Origin: Hemiscyllium ocellatum
Lineage: Eukaryota
NCBI RefSeq assembly: GCF_020745735.1
Contig: NC_083409.1
Span: forward strand, 7,057,534-7,121,533
Direction of reading: 5' to 3'
DNA length: 64,000 bases
Below are positions 36,654 to 46,079 of this stretch, piece by piece. Position 1 is the stretch's first letter. Each line of letters begins with the position of its first letter. The position numbers were made by a program, and so were the translations under genes. A model generated the notes under the pieces. The model was not told where the DNA came from and made no database searches. It was given only the letters and a program-made list of their open reading frames with translations.

Positions 36654-36689
36654 ATTCCTGATGAAGGGCTTATGCTCGAAACGTCGAAT
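36654..36689 (+). ncRNA. Minimal type I hammerhead ribozyme motif in PLE 3' pLTR; predicted cleavage after C36685
   Basis: ATTC-CTGATGA-A-GGGC-TTAT-GCTC-GAAA-CG-TC-GAAT: 4-bp helix I, 4-bp helix II, palindromic ACGU helix III. Confidence 0.78.
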
Positions 36690-36769
36690 TCTCTATTCCT
36701 GAGATGCTGCCTAACCTGCTGTGCTTTGACCAGCAATACATTTGCAGCTGGAGTGCTCACCATTAACTA

Positions 36770-37810
36770 TGGAACCATGAAGCCTCATGACAGCAGGTCA
36801 AACATGGGAAAGGAAACCTCCTGCTGATTACCACATAGCACCGCCCTCCCCTCCAACCTCAACTGAGCAGTCAGTCCTCCTCCATGCTGAACAAAACTTG
36901 GAGGGAGCACTGAGGGTGGGAAGGATACAGGATACACCTTGATTAAGAGACTTCAAATTCGACCATCAAGAGCTGCTCAGAAGCATCACGACTGAGCAAA
37001 TTGGTCAAGCTCCATCTGACTCAGCTGCTAGATTGGACCTGGACCTGGGGCAGGTGGTGAGAGGAGAACCAACAAGAGGGAAAAACATACTCACTATCAC
37101 CCTCACCAACCTGGCTGCTGCTGGTGTATCTGTCCATGACAGTATCAGTAATAGTGACCACTGCACAGTCCGCGTGGAGACAAAATCCCGTCTTCACATT
37201 GAGATGACCTTACATTTTGTTGGGCAAGAGATATGGGATAGCAGGAAGGACTTTATTTTTTGGAGCAATTGATAATGACTTGGAAATTAGTGCCCATTCA
37301 GGTGAGGCAGGTGAAGACACGCAGTTATTGCAATGGCAGATTGGATGGGCTCTTGATGGAAATAAACCTGCAAGGCTCTGGGGGTCGAGTAGGGGAGGGG
37401 GTGGGACTGACTGGATTGCTCCATGAAATGACAGCATTTATCTGACAGGCTGAATGTTCAGCCCCTGTGCTGGAAATAGGTGTCACTCAATGAGGGGTTC
37501 ACAATTAGAGAGCTTGGATGCAGTAAATACAGGACAAATTGTTTCTCCAGGCAGGAGGGTCAACAACCAAAGGGCACACATTTCAGAAAGGGTCTGAAGG
37601 CCAAGAGAGAGGATTGGAACATTTTTATCCAGCGAGTTCATGATGACTGTCTGCAAGGTGATTGGAAGTTTATTCAACAGCAACTTTCAAAAGGGCATTT
37701 GGAGAAATAGCTGAAAAGGAAACAATTGCAGGGTTATACAGGAAGGGCTGGGTAAATGAGACTCATTAGACTCATTTGACTAACAGTCACAATAGGCCCT
37801 CTGTCTGTGC
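36770..37810 (+). mobile_element. Old non-LTR endonuclease fragment followed by CR1 RT/3' fragment
   Basis: LGQVVRGEPTRGKNIL...SDHCTV (EN) and CR1 3' UTR motifs to ~37810. Confidence 0.6.
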
Positions 37811-38489
37811 TGTATAAGAGCTTACACACACTTCGTCTCACCTTTACACAAAGACTGGGAGAAACAGACAACCCAGTTTACAGAAGTGTGTTTTCTCAAA
37901 CAAAACAGTTTTGAACCAACTCAGGGAACAGGGCAGACTAGATTTACTAGAATAAATTAGCAAATCAATGGCAAGGTAACAGTGAACCAAAAGTAATGAC
38001 ACTGAACAGTATATTTAATAGCACTATCATCAAGAGGGGAAGCGATGAGGCGCGGGAGGTCAGAGATTATGCTCTAGGAGTCTGAAAGCTCTGCTGTCAA
38101 TGGTGGGATGGAGGAAGCAACAAGTGACAGGATACCAGAGACAGAAGATGGAATGGGGACGGAGGAAATGTGAGTCTGCGGCAGGACAAAGAGTGAGGGA
38201 GGAGGGAGGCCGTGGAGGCAATTGGCTGGCAGTGAGTTCAGGGGTCATTCTGGAATGAAATATGAGTAAGACAGGGAAGGGACCACTCCATATCAGACAA
38301 GTTAGGGTTTCTGGCTTCAGGAAGATGGGAGAGCACATTGGAATCATAGAGGAGAAAATGGGATGAGCAGGAATTAGGGTTTTTAGGTCAAGGGGCCCAT
38401 AGTCCAGAAATGGACAATGTTGTTGAGATTGAAATAAGCAGCCTACATGATGGGGAGGATGTGGAGTTTGCAGCTTAGGTAATGAGCAG

Positions 38490-40160
38490 TCCATTGGGAA
38501 GGAAGCCGTTGTTTATTGGTCTCTTCTGGAGCATTCAGTGGGAAGGAGGCCCATGTTTAATGGTATATTATGGAGGTTCCAGTGAGAATAAGGCCCATGT
38601 TTACTGGTCCCGTGGGATGGTAGCCCATGTATACATCATCAAAGAGTCATAGTGGTTTACAATGTGGCATCAGGCCCTTCAGCGCAGCTCATCCATGCCG
38701 ACCAAGTTTCCAAAACTGATTCGTCCCATTTGCCTGTGTTTTGCCCAAATCTCTCTAAATCCTTCCTATCCATGTTTCTGTAAAAATGTCCTCGAAATGT
38801 AGTAATTCTACTCGCCGCTACCACTTCCTCTGGCAGCTCATTACACATACGCACCAACCCCTGTGTGAAAAAGGTTGTCTCTCAGGTCCCTTCTAATTCG
38901 TCCCCGTCTAAACTTAAACCTTTCCTTCTAGTACTGGACTCTCTATCCCGGGGAAAAGAATTTGACTATTCACCTTATCCATGACCCTCATGATTCTATA
39001 AATCTCTTTAAGGTCACCGCTCAATCTCCTGCACTCCTGGAAAAACATTTCGGCCTATCCATCCTCGCCTTACAATTCAAACCCTCCAATCTTGGTAATA
39101 TTCCTGTTAACCTTTCTTTTATCCAAACTAGTGTAATAACTTCCTTCCTATAGCAGAGTGAGCAGAAATGTACACAGTGACCAAATGTGGCCTTACCAGT
39201 GCCTTGTGCAGCTGCAACATGATGTCCCAGCTCCTGTACTCCCCGCGTTGACCAGTGAAGGTGAGCGTGCCAAATACCTTCTTCATCACCCTGTCTACCT
39301 GTGACACCACTTTGAAGGAACTATGTACCTGTACCCCTCAGTCTCTCTGTTCAACAACACTCCCCATGGCTCTACCATTAATTGTGTAATTCCTGCTCTA
39401 GTTTATGTTACCAAAAGATAACTCCTTGCATTTATTGAAATTAAACTCAATCTGGATTTGTTGACCCACTGGCCCAGTTGATCAAGATGACATTGCACTC
39501 TTGGATACCCTGTCTCCCTGTTCACGATGCCAACAATTTTAATGTCAGCCACAATCTTACTGACCACTCCTCCTATTTTCTCATTCAAATTGTTCACACA
39601 CATGATGAACAACAGTGGATCCAGGATCCATTCTTGTGACAGACGGCTGGTCCCTGGCCTCCAGTCTGAAGAACAACTCTCTCTCACCAGCCTTTGCCTC
39701 CTATCATCAGGCCAATTTTACATCCAGTTGGCTAGCTCTCCCTGGATCCTATGTAATATAATCCTACGAATCAGTCTACCATAGGGAAACTTGCATAAGC
39801 CTTGCTAAAGCCCATGTAGACGGAGTGTACCGCTCTACCTTGAACTATCTTCTTCATTACTTCTTCAAAAACTCAGTCATCTGCTCATCTACATTGGAAA
39901 TTCCAGTGAATAGGAGGCCCATGTTTACTGGTCTCTCTTGGATAATCCAGTCAAAGGAGGCCCATGTTTATTGGTCTCTCTTGGATCATCCAGTCAGAAG
40001 GAGGCCCATGTTTACTGGTCTCCTTTGGAGAGTCCAGTCAGACGTAGGCCAATGTTTACTGGTCTCTACTGGGAGCCTCAGTGGGAAGGAGGGCCATGTC
40101 TCTCTCAATCCCGTGAACTGAAGCTCATGTTTACTGGACTCTGTTGGAGAGTCCAGTGCC
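38490..40160 (+). repeat. 43-44-bp minisatellite (GGAGGCCCATGTTTACTGGTCTCTCTTGGATAATCCAGTCAAA) in two blocks, 38490-38640 and 39880-40160, split by a CR1 insertion
   Basis: Shared core AGGCCCATGTTTACTGG on both sides of the CR1. Confidence 0.85.
38640..39880 (-). mobile_element. CR1 RT to 3' end
   Basis: Minus ORFs 39128 (DRVMKKVFG...LHKALVRPHL) and 39403 (LLFIMCVNNLNE). Confidence 0.85.
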
Positions 40161-40861
40161 GCATGGACATCATGGTTGGTGTGTGGTCCAGTTGCTTTCT
40201 GCTGTAATTGTGTGATGCTCCAACGCACATCCCAGTGAAACACCCTTACTCAGAGACTGATCATGGAAGGGGAAGTACAGGGGAAAGGATTGGAACATGT
40301 TGTGAATGGACAGGCTGGGTCATTGGTTCAGAGCCTGTCCTGTCCCTCCAGCTCACACTGATGGCCTGAGGTTCTCTTCTCTCTGCTGGGCCTTCATGGA
40401 ATGAGGTTTGTGTACAAAGCAATCCCCAGTGAGAATAGGTTAACAGCACGGAACTGCCCTTCATTTGACAAAAATCTGTCCATTTTCCTGAGAGAGGTCA
40501 AACCCTGGTCAATGTTCGAAATAGGGCCTTACTCCAGGAGAAGACATGCTTCTGGGGTCAAGTATTAACATCCATTAGTGGGGCAGAGGAGAGGAAGATT
40601 TATCCTGCATTCAACTGTCACCAGCTGGAACACTGTGAGAAAGGGAGAGAAGCAAGACGGAGAGAGATAGACCGAGAGTGTCTGTGCGTGTGTGATTGCG
40701 GGAGGAGCATCTGAGACAGTATGAGATATGTGAGGGGAACAAGAAAGAGGTAGAGGGAGGTAGAAATGGTAAGGTTGAAGGATAGAAACAAAATGTAACC
40801 TAGAGGAATGGAGTGAGGGAAAGAGGAAGGATGGATGTGAGACCAAGAATGAAGGGAATCG

Positions 40862-41034
40862 NNNNNNNNNNNNNNNNNNNNNNNNNNNNNNNNNNNNNNN
40901 NNNNNNNNNNNNNNNNNNNNNNNNNNNNNNNNNNNNNNNNNNNNNNNNNNNNNNNNNNNNNNNNNNNNNNNNNNNNNNNNNNNNNNNNNNNNNNNNNNNN
41001 NNNNNNNNNNNNNNNNNNNNNNNNNNNNNNNNNN
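40862..41034. other. Assembly gap (173 N) inside a GA-rich tract
   Basis: N run. Confidence 1.
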
Positions 41035-41224
41035 ATGACAGAGAGGGAGGGAAAGAGACAGTAGATTGGGATGCAGAGAGAGGAAGAGAGACAGAGGGAG
41101 GAATAGAGAGGGGCAAATAATGGTTGGATTCTTTCAATTGAAGCGGGTGATGGAGACAGAGACAGATGGAGAAATAGAGATTATCCGGCGGAGTGAAGAA
41201 GCGTGAGTGAGTTGGAGAGAGTGG

Positions 41225-41236
41225 CTGTGAGACTGA

Positions 41237-41288
<52 letters not shown>

Positions 41289-41395
41289 ATATGAAAGAGA
41301 TTAACAGTGGGAGAAAGAGATAGTAGTAAAGAGGAAGAAGTGGCAGATGTGAGTCAGAAAGGGATATATATATATATAGAGAGAGAGAGAGACAG
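41225..41395 (+). repeat. Compound microsatellites (GT)n(GA)n and (AT)n(AG)n
   Basis: Directly visible. Confidence 0.95.
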
Positions 41396-42367
41396 GTGGA
41401 CAGATCCTGGTCACCACATTCTGGGAAGGATGTGATTGTAATTAAGAGGGTTCAAAGATTTCTCAGGATGCTGTGAGGAAAGACTGGCAAAATTGGGGCT
41501 GTTTTCCCTGGAGCGGTGACGTTTGAGAGGGGACCTGATAGAGGGAGATAAGAATATTTGGGGCAGTGATAGGGTGGGTAGGAAGGCACATTTTACAAAG
41601 TAAGGGACTCAATAACCAGGGACAGAGATTGTAGGTAACACAAACATGGACACATAGAAACTCAGAGCAGGAGAAGGCCATTCGGCCCTTTGCGTCTGCT
41701 CTGTCATTCAGTATGATCATGGCCGACCCTCCATCTCAAAGCCATATTCCTGCTTTCTCTGCATTTCCTTCATGCTGTTAAAATCTCTCTCTTTTCCTTG
41801 AATATACTCAGTTCTTTGTCATCCAAAGCTGTCTGTGATAGAGAATTCAATAGGTTGACCACACTTTGAGTGAAGAAACGTTTCTTTGTCTCAGCCCTAA
41901 ATGGTCTACCTCATATCCCCCAAGAGTGTGTCCCCTGGTTCCAGACACCCCAGACAGGGGAAACCTTCTCCCTGTCCAGCCCTGATAGAATTTTGTACAT
42001 TTCAAATCAGATCCCCTTTCATCGTTCTAAACTCGAGTGAGTCCAGGCCCAGTCGAGTTGGAGAGTGAGAGGAGAGTTGAGGAGAAATGTTCTCACCCAG
42101 TGGGTGGTCGGAATCTGGAACTCACTACCTGAAAAACTGGTAGAGTCACAAACTTTCGAGACATTGGAGCAGTGTTTAGATATTTCTGTAGATGTTTAGA
42201 TGTTTCTGTAGCTTCCAGGGTAATGGGCCAAGAGCTGGAGGATGGGATTAGTGTCATCAGATCTTTGTTTACCAGCAAATATATAATGGGCCAATTGGAC
42301 TCATTCACTGCTGTTCAAATCACTGACTCTCTGAGACAGAGAGAGAGACAGACAGACAGAGAAAACA

Positions 42368-42462
42368 GGAAGTGTGAGGGGCGAACAAGACTCTTTCTGC
42401 CTGATGCCATTTTCATACTGAGGAACACCCAGTCAGACTCTCACAGGCTGCAGCCTTATAAA
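42368..42462 (+). promoter_or_regulatory. V-kappa promoter of cluster 2: Ets GGAAGT (42368-42373), near-octamer ATTTTCAT (42409-42416), TATAAA (42457-42462)
   Basis: Canonical Ig light-chain promoter layout, conserved with cluster 1. Confidence 0.7.
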
Positions 42463-42522
42463 GCAGAGCCCAGTGAAGGGAGAGTTTATCAGGAACCAGG
42501 AACAGGGACAGGAGTGCACACC

Positions 42523-42571
42523 ATGATTTCACACATCCAGCTGATCTGGCCCCTGGCATTCTGTGTCGCAG
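42523..42571 (+). CDS. IGKV: Ig kappa leader exon of cluster 2 (MISHIQLIWPLAFCVA/G)
   Basis: ATG 42523, 49-nt phase-1 exon, GT donor at 42572. Confidence 0.95.
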
Positions 42572-42757
42572 GTACAAATCTCTTTCCTTCAACATTGAAT
42601 TTTTAGCTGCTCTCCATTTCACTCCAATTTCACTGACTTGTGATTGAAGGGAAAATGCTGAAACCAGAGGAATGCTCAGAGTCTCCAACAATCTCTCATT
42701 TGACCGTCTCTTTCTGTGACAGTTCTGACTTCACTGTGTTTCTTTCTGACCCTTCAG

Positions 42758-43057
42758 GTATCAGTGGGGATATCATCATGACTCGGTCTATCCAGGTGCT
42801 GTCAGTGGGACTGGGCCAGATCGCAACCATCACCTGTACGGACAGTCATAGCATTAGCAGCTACCTCAGCTTGGTACCAGCAGCGAGAAGGTCAGAAACC
42901 CTCTCTCCTGATCTATGCTGCAACAAATCAATTCACAGGAGTCTCCGAGTGATTCACCGGCAGTGGATCAGGGCCCAATTACACCCTGACAATCAGCAAC
43001 GTTCAGAATGAGCATGTCACTGACTGTTAGTGTCAGCAGCATTACAGCTACACTCTA
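42758..43057 (+). pseudogene. IGKV: Unrearranged Ig kappa V segment (NS4-type), pseudogene
   Basis: Acceptor AG 42756-42757. DIIMTRSIQVLSVGLGQIATITCTDSHSISSYL; +1 frameshift before the conserved Trp (~42870); [26 protein letters not shown](42950, CGA>TGA)[25 protein letters not shown](43028)CQQHYSYTL. Confidence 0.93.
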
Positions 43058-43085
43058 CACAGTGATACAGAGCCATACAAAAAGC
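43058..43085 (+). promoter_or_regulatory. 12-bp spacer recombination signal sequence of V
   Basis: CACAGTG-atacagagccat(12)-ACAAAAAGC. Confidence 0.97.
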
Positions 43086-43492
43086 TTAAGGCACACAAAA
43101 CCACCTCCTGAACTGACACATCCACGGTTATATAAAACGGAAAATAATGGACACACAGTCCCACCGCCTGAACTGACATATCCCACAGTTAGATCTAAAT
43201 GAAACTGAACAAATTACCCCATGCTGGGATTGTCAGTGTCCCCTACACACTCCAGTCCCTGTGGTGTCCACCTCTCACTGAAGGCCTCAAGTTTCCCCCT
43301 CACGCTCCATGGCCACATGTGAAGAGCAGCTGCAAGATTTAACAACGAAAAATAAAGTTCACAACCCAGAGGCAGAGACAGAAAGACATACAAATGAGTG
43401 AGAGACTGATAGTGACACAAAGAGGGTGAGAATGACCGACAGACCATGAAATAGGGAGCGGTTGAGAGTGATGGATGGAAGCAGAGAGCTGA

Positions 43493-43531
43493 GGTTTTTG
43501 TACAGCCTCTGCACTGGGAGCTCTCACTGTG
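43493..43531 (-). promoter_or_regulatory. 23-bp spacer recombination signal sequence of J
   Basis: GGTTTTTGT-acagcctctgcactgggagctct(23)-CACTGTG, perfect consensus. Confidence 0.97.
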
Positions 43532-43566
43532 GCTTAGGTTTGGTAAAGGAAGCAAGCTCAGACTAA
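43532..43566 (+). CDS. IGKJ: Ig kappa J segment, open (LRFGKGSKLRL/S)
   Basis: FGXG motif; donor GTAAGT at 43567. Confidence 0.95.
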
Positions 43567-43569
43567 GTA

Positions 43570-43995
43570 AGTAAACCTCAATTCTCCGTTATTAAGCTTG
43601 CAACACTGAAACTTTCCAAATCACGAATGCTGAATTGTTGAAGGTGTTAGTGGGGAGGTGCAGTGAATGAAATGGTTGATTGAGGAGCATTGTGTCGAAC
43701 AGGGTGTCCAGCTGAATTTCTTTAGTTCCATTGCCCCCTTGAAGCAGCGAGATATAAGTCAGTCAGTTTTACTCACCGTGTGGAGGAGTTCTGGCCATTT
43801 GCAGCCTGTGGTCCCATTCCTGCAGCATGGAGTGAAATCAATGAGTAGCCTCCTGTCAGTCTCAGTGTGAAGGACATGGGCAGAGTTTGATGTGAGCTCT
43901 GGCTTCCTGTTCCAGTCTCTGATCTCACTGACCTCAGCAGCAGCAGCAGCATCACAGTGAGACATCGAGCTCCCACCTCCCCCAGCTTTAACTCT
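43570..43995 (+). promoter_or_regulatory. J-proximal J-C intron block of cluster 2; candidate intronic kappa enhancer
   Basis: CAGCTG 43709-43714, CATTTG/ATTTGCAG 43796-43804, TGTGGT 43807-43812, TTCCTG 43817-43822; all shared with cluster 1. Confidence 0.45.
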
Positions 43996-44009
43996 GCTCG
44001 ATCACACAA

Positions 44010-44520
44010 TCACAGAATTGTTACAGTGCACAAGGAGGCCATTCCGCCCATCCTGCATGATCCAGTTCTCTAAATGATCAATTGGCTGAGTGTCATTCTC
44101 CTGCCTTCTCCCTGTCACCCTGCACATTGTCACTTTTCAAATAACAGTCTCATTCCCTTCGGAATGTTTCAATTGAAGCTGCCTCCACCACACTCTCAGT
44201 CAGCGCATTCCACACCTTAACCACCCATTGGCTGAACATGTTTTTCCCTCATCTCACTTTTGGTTCTTTTACCAATTATTTTCAATCCATGGCCTCTCAC
44301 TCTCAATTCTTTCTCAGGTGGGAACATTTTCTGCTGGTTTACTCTGTTAAGACCCCTCCTGATTTCTAGATCAGATCTCCTCTCTGCCTTCTCTTCTCTG
44401 AGGAAGACAGTCCAAACTTCTTCAGTCTATCTGCACAACTAACGTCCCTCATCCTCAATGGTTCAGTTAGCCCACTCCTACTCCTATTTCTAATGTTCTT
44501 ATTATCTTATGTTTCTATGT
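44010..44520 (-). mobile_element. CR1 3' end(s); the first part is paralogous to 10250-10610
   Basis: Inverted homology and CR1 3' UTR motifs. Confidence 0.75.
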
Positions 44521-44559
44521 GACAGACACATATCAGATTTCCACTTAACACTCTGTGGC

Positions 44560-45740
44560 TGTACCTTCCCAGTCTTATTCCCAACACTCCGTGCAGTCCC
44601 ATCTTAACACAGTTACCCTGATTTAGAATGTATTAACCTCTCTCCCTCACTCCGAAACTGGGTAAGAAGTTGTATTCCTTATTCTTGTGCTATCTATTCT
44701 CTCCCAGGATTCTGTGCACCTCTGTGTTCCTCTCTGGTATTACCTCCTGGATCCCACAGCCCAGCCAAGTTAGTTTAAACCCTCTCCAATAGCACAACTC
44801 ACTCACCCCAAAGGAGCTCAGTCCCACATCTGTTCAGGAGCAATCCGTCTGGTCTGTACATGTCCATCTCCCCTCAAAGCCAGTCCCAATGTTAAAATAA
44901 TCTAAATGCCCTTCCTACTGGACTGTCTTTTCAGTTCCACCGTCACCTGTGCTATCCTCTTCTTTCTATTCTCAGTTGCGTGGAGCACTGGGGGTAATCT
45001 TGGAGATTCCTACTTTTGAGCACTTGCTGCTAATTCCCTCTGGGAACTCCCTAAATTCTGACTGGAGGATCACATCCTTCTTCTCCCTCTGTCACTGGGA
45101 CCGATGTGGTCCTCCACTGCTGCCTGTTCCCCTTCTCCCCTCAGGATGCTCTGCAGCTGCTCAGTGACAGCCTTGACCCTGGCACCAGGGAGACAACACA
45201 CCATCCTGGATTCCCATCTGCAGCTGCAGAAACAGCTATCGATTGCCCTCACTCTCCAATCTCGCCTCACTATCGCTCCTCCAGTCTCCCCTGTACTGCT
45301 GAGCCCCCCGTGGTGCCAGGGACTTGGCTCTGGCTACACTCCCCAGATGAACCATCATTCTGATCAGGATTACAAACTGTATCCTGGTTGGAGAGTGTGA
45401 TGCACTCAGAGTATTCCTGTACTAGCTGCCTGGTCCTTTTGGACTGCCTGCTGCTTTCCCATTCCCTCTCTCCCTGCATGTGCTGAAGCTGCAGAGTGAC
45501 CACATCTAGAAAAGTAGTCTCCACGGAGCTCTCAGCCTCACGGATGCTCCGCACTGAGACCAGCTGCTGCTCAAGCTCCAAAACCCAGAGTTCCACCTAC
45601 AGTCACTGATCACACTTCGTATGCTCATGGTATTCCAGGAAGCAGGAAAAGCAGTTCCCTCATGCAACCTGATGCTCATTCTCGCCACTCCCTGATTATC
45701 TCTTATCAAAGTTCTTTTGAGAAACAGCAACAGCAGGGCT
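44560..45740 (-). mobile_element. CR1 ORF1 (esterase-type) region, degenerate
   Basis: ORF 45270(-) ELWVLELEQQLVSVRSIREAESSVETTFLDVVT resembles the shark CR1 ORF1 N-terminus. Confidence 0.7.
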
Positions 45741-45765
45741 CACAATCCAGTACTTTCAATGTCCA

Positions 45766-46055
45766 TAGAATCACACAATTCCTACAGCATGGAAACAGGC
45801 CATTTGGTCCATCAAGTCCACGCTGACTCTCCGAACAGTAATCCACCCAGACCCTATACTGTGGGCAATTTAGCATGGCCAATTCACCGAACCTGCACAG
45901 TTTTGGACTGTGGGAGGAAACGAGAGCACCCGGAGGAAACCCATGCAGACACAGGGAGAACGTGAAAACTCCACATAGACACTCACCCGAGACTAGAATC
46001 AAGCCTGGGTCCATAGCGCTGTGAGGCAGCAGGGCTAACCACTAAGTGACCGTAC
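45766..46055 (-). mobile_element. HE1-like V-SINE
   Basis: Minus strand GGTCACTTAGTGGTTAGCCCTGCTGCCTCACAGCGC...GGCTTGATTC (A/B boxes), V-domain, CR1-type tail. Confidence 0.8.
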
Positions 46056-46079
46056 TTCCAGTTTTCCAGGGTTTCAAGG

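Larger units (their letters stand above)
33996..36747 (+). mobile_element. Young Penelope-like retroelement (RT + GIY-YIG), 5'-truncated, flanked by 14-bp TSD CTGGAGTGCTCACC (33982-33995 / 36748-36761)
   Basis: PLE motifs LSRGLTF, IKPADKGGAVVV, LPKIHKP, RPIVS, MDIQSLYT, YIDD, YIGET; exact direct repeat at both ends. Confidence 0.95.

Noticed and set aside
6395-46055. tRNA-like sequences at ~6700 and ~46040
   Set aside because: They are degenerate heads of HE1-type SINEs followed by V-domain and CR1-like tails, not tRNA genes
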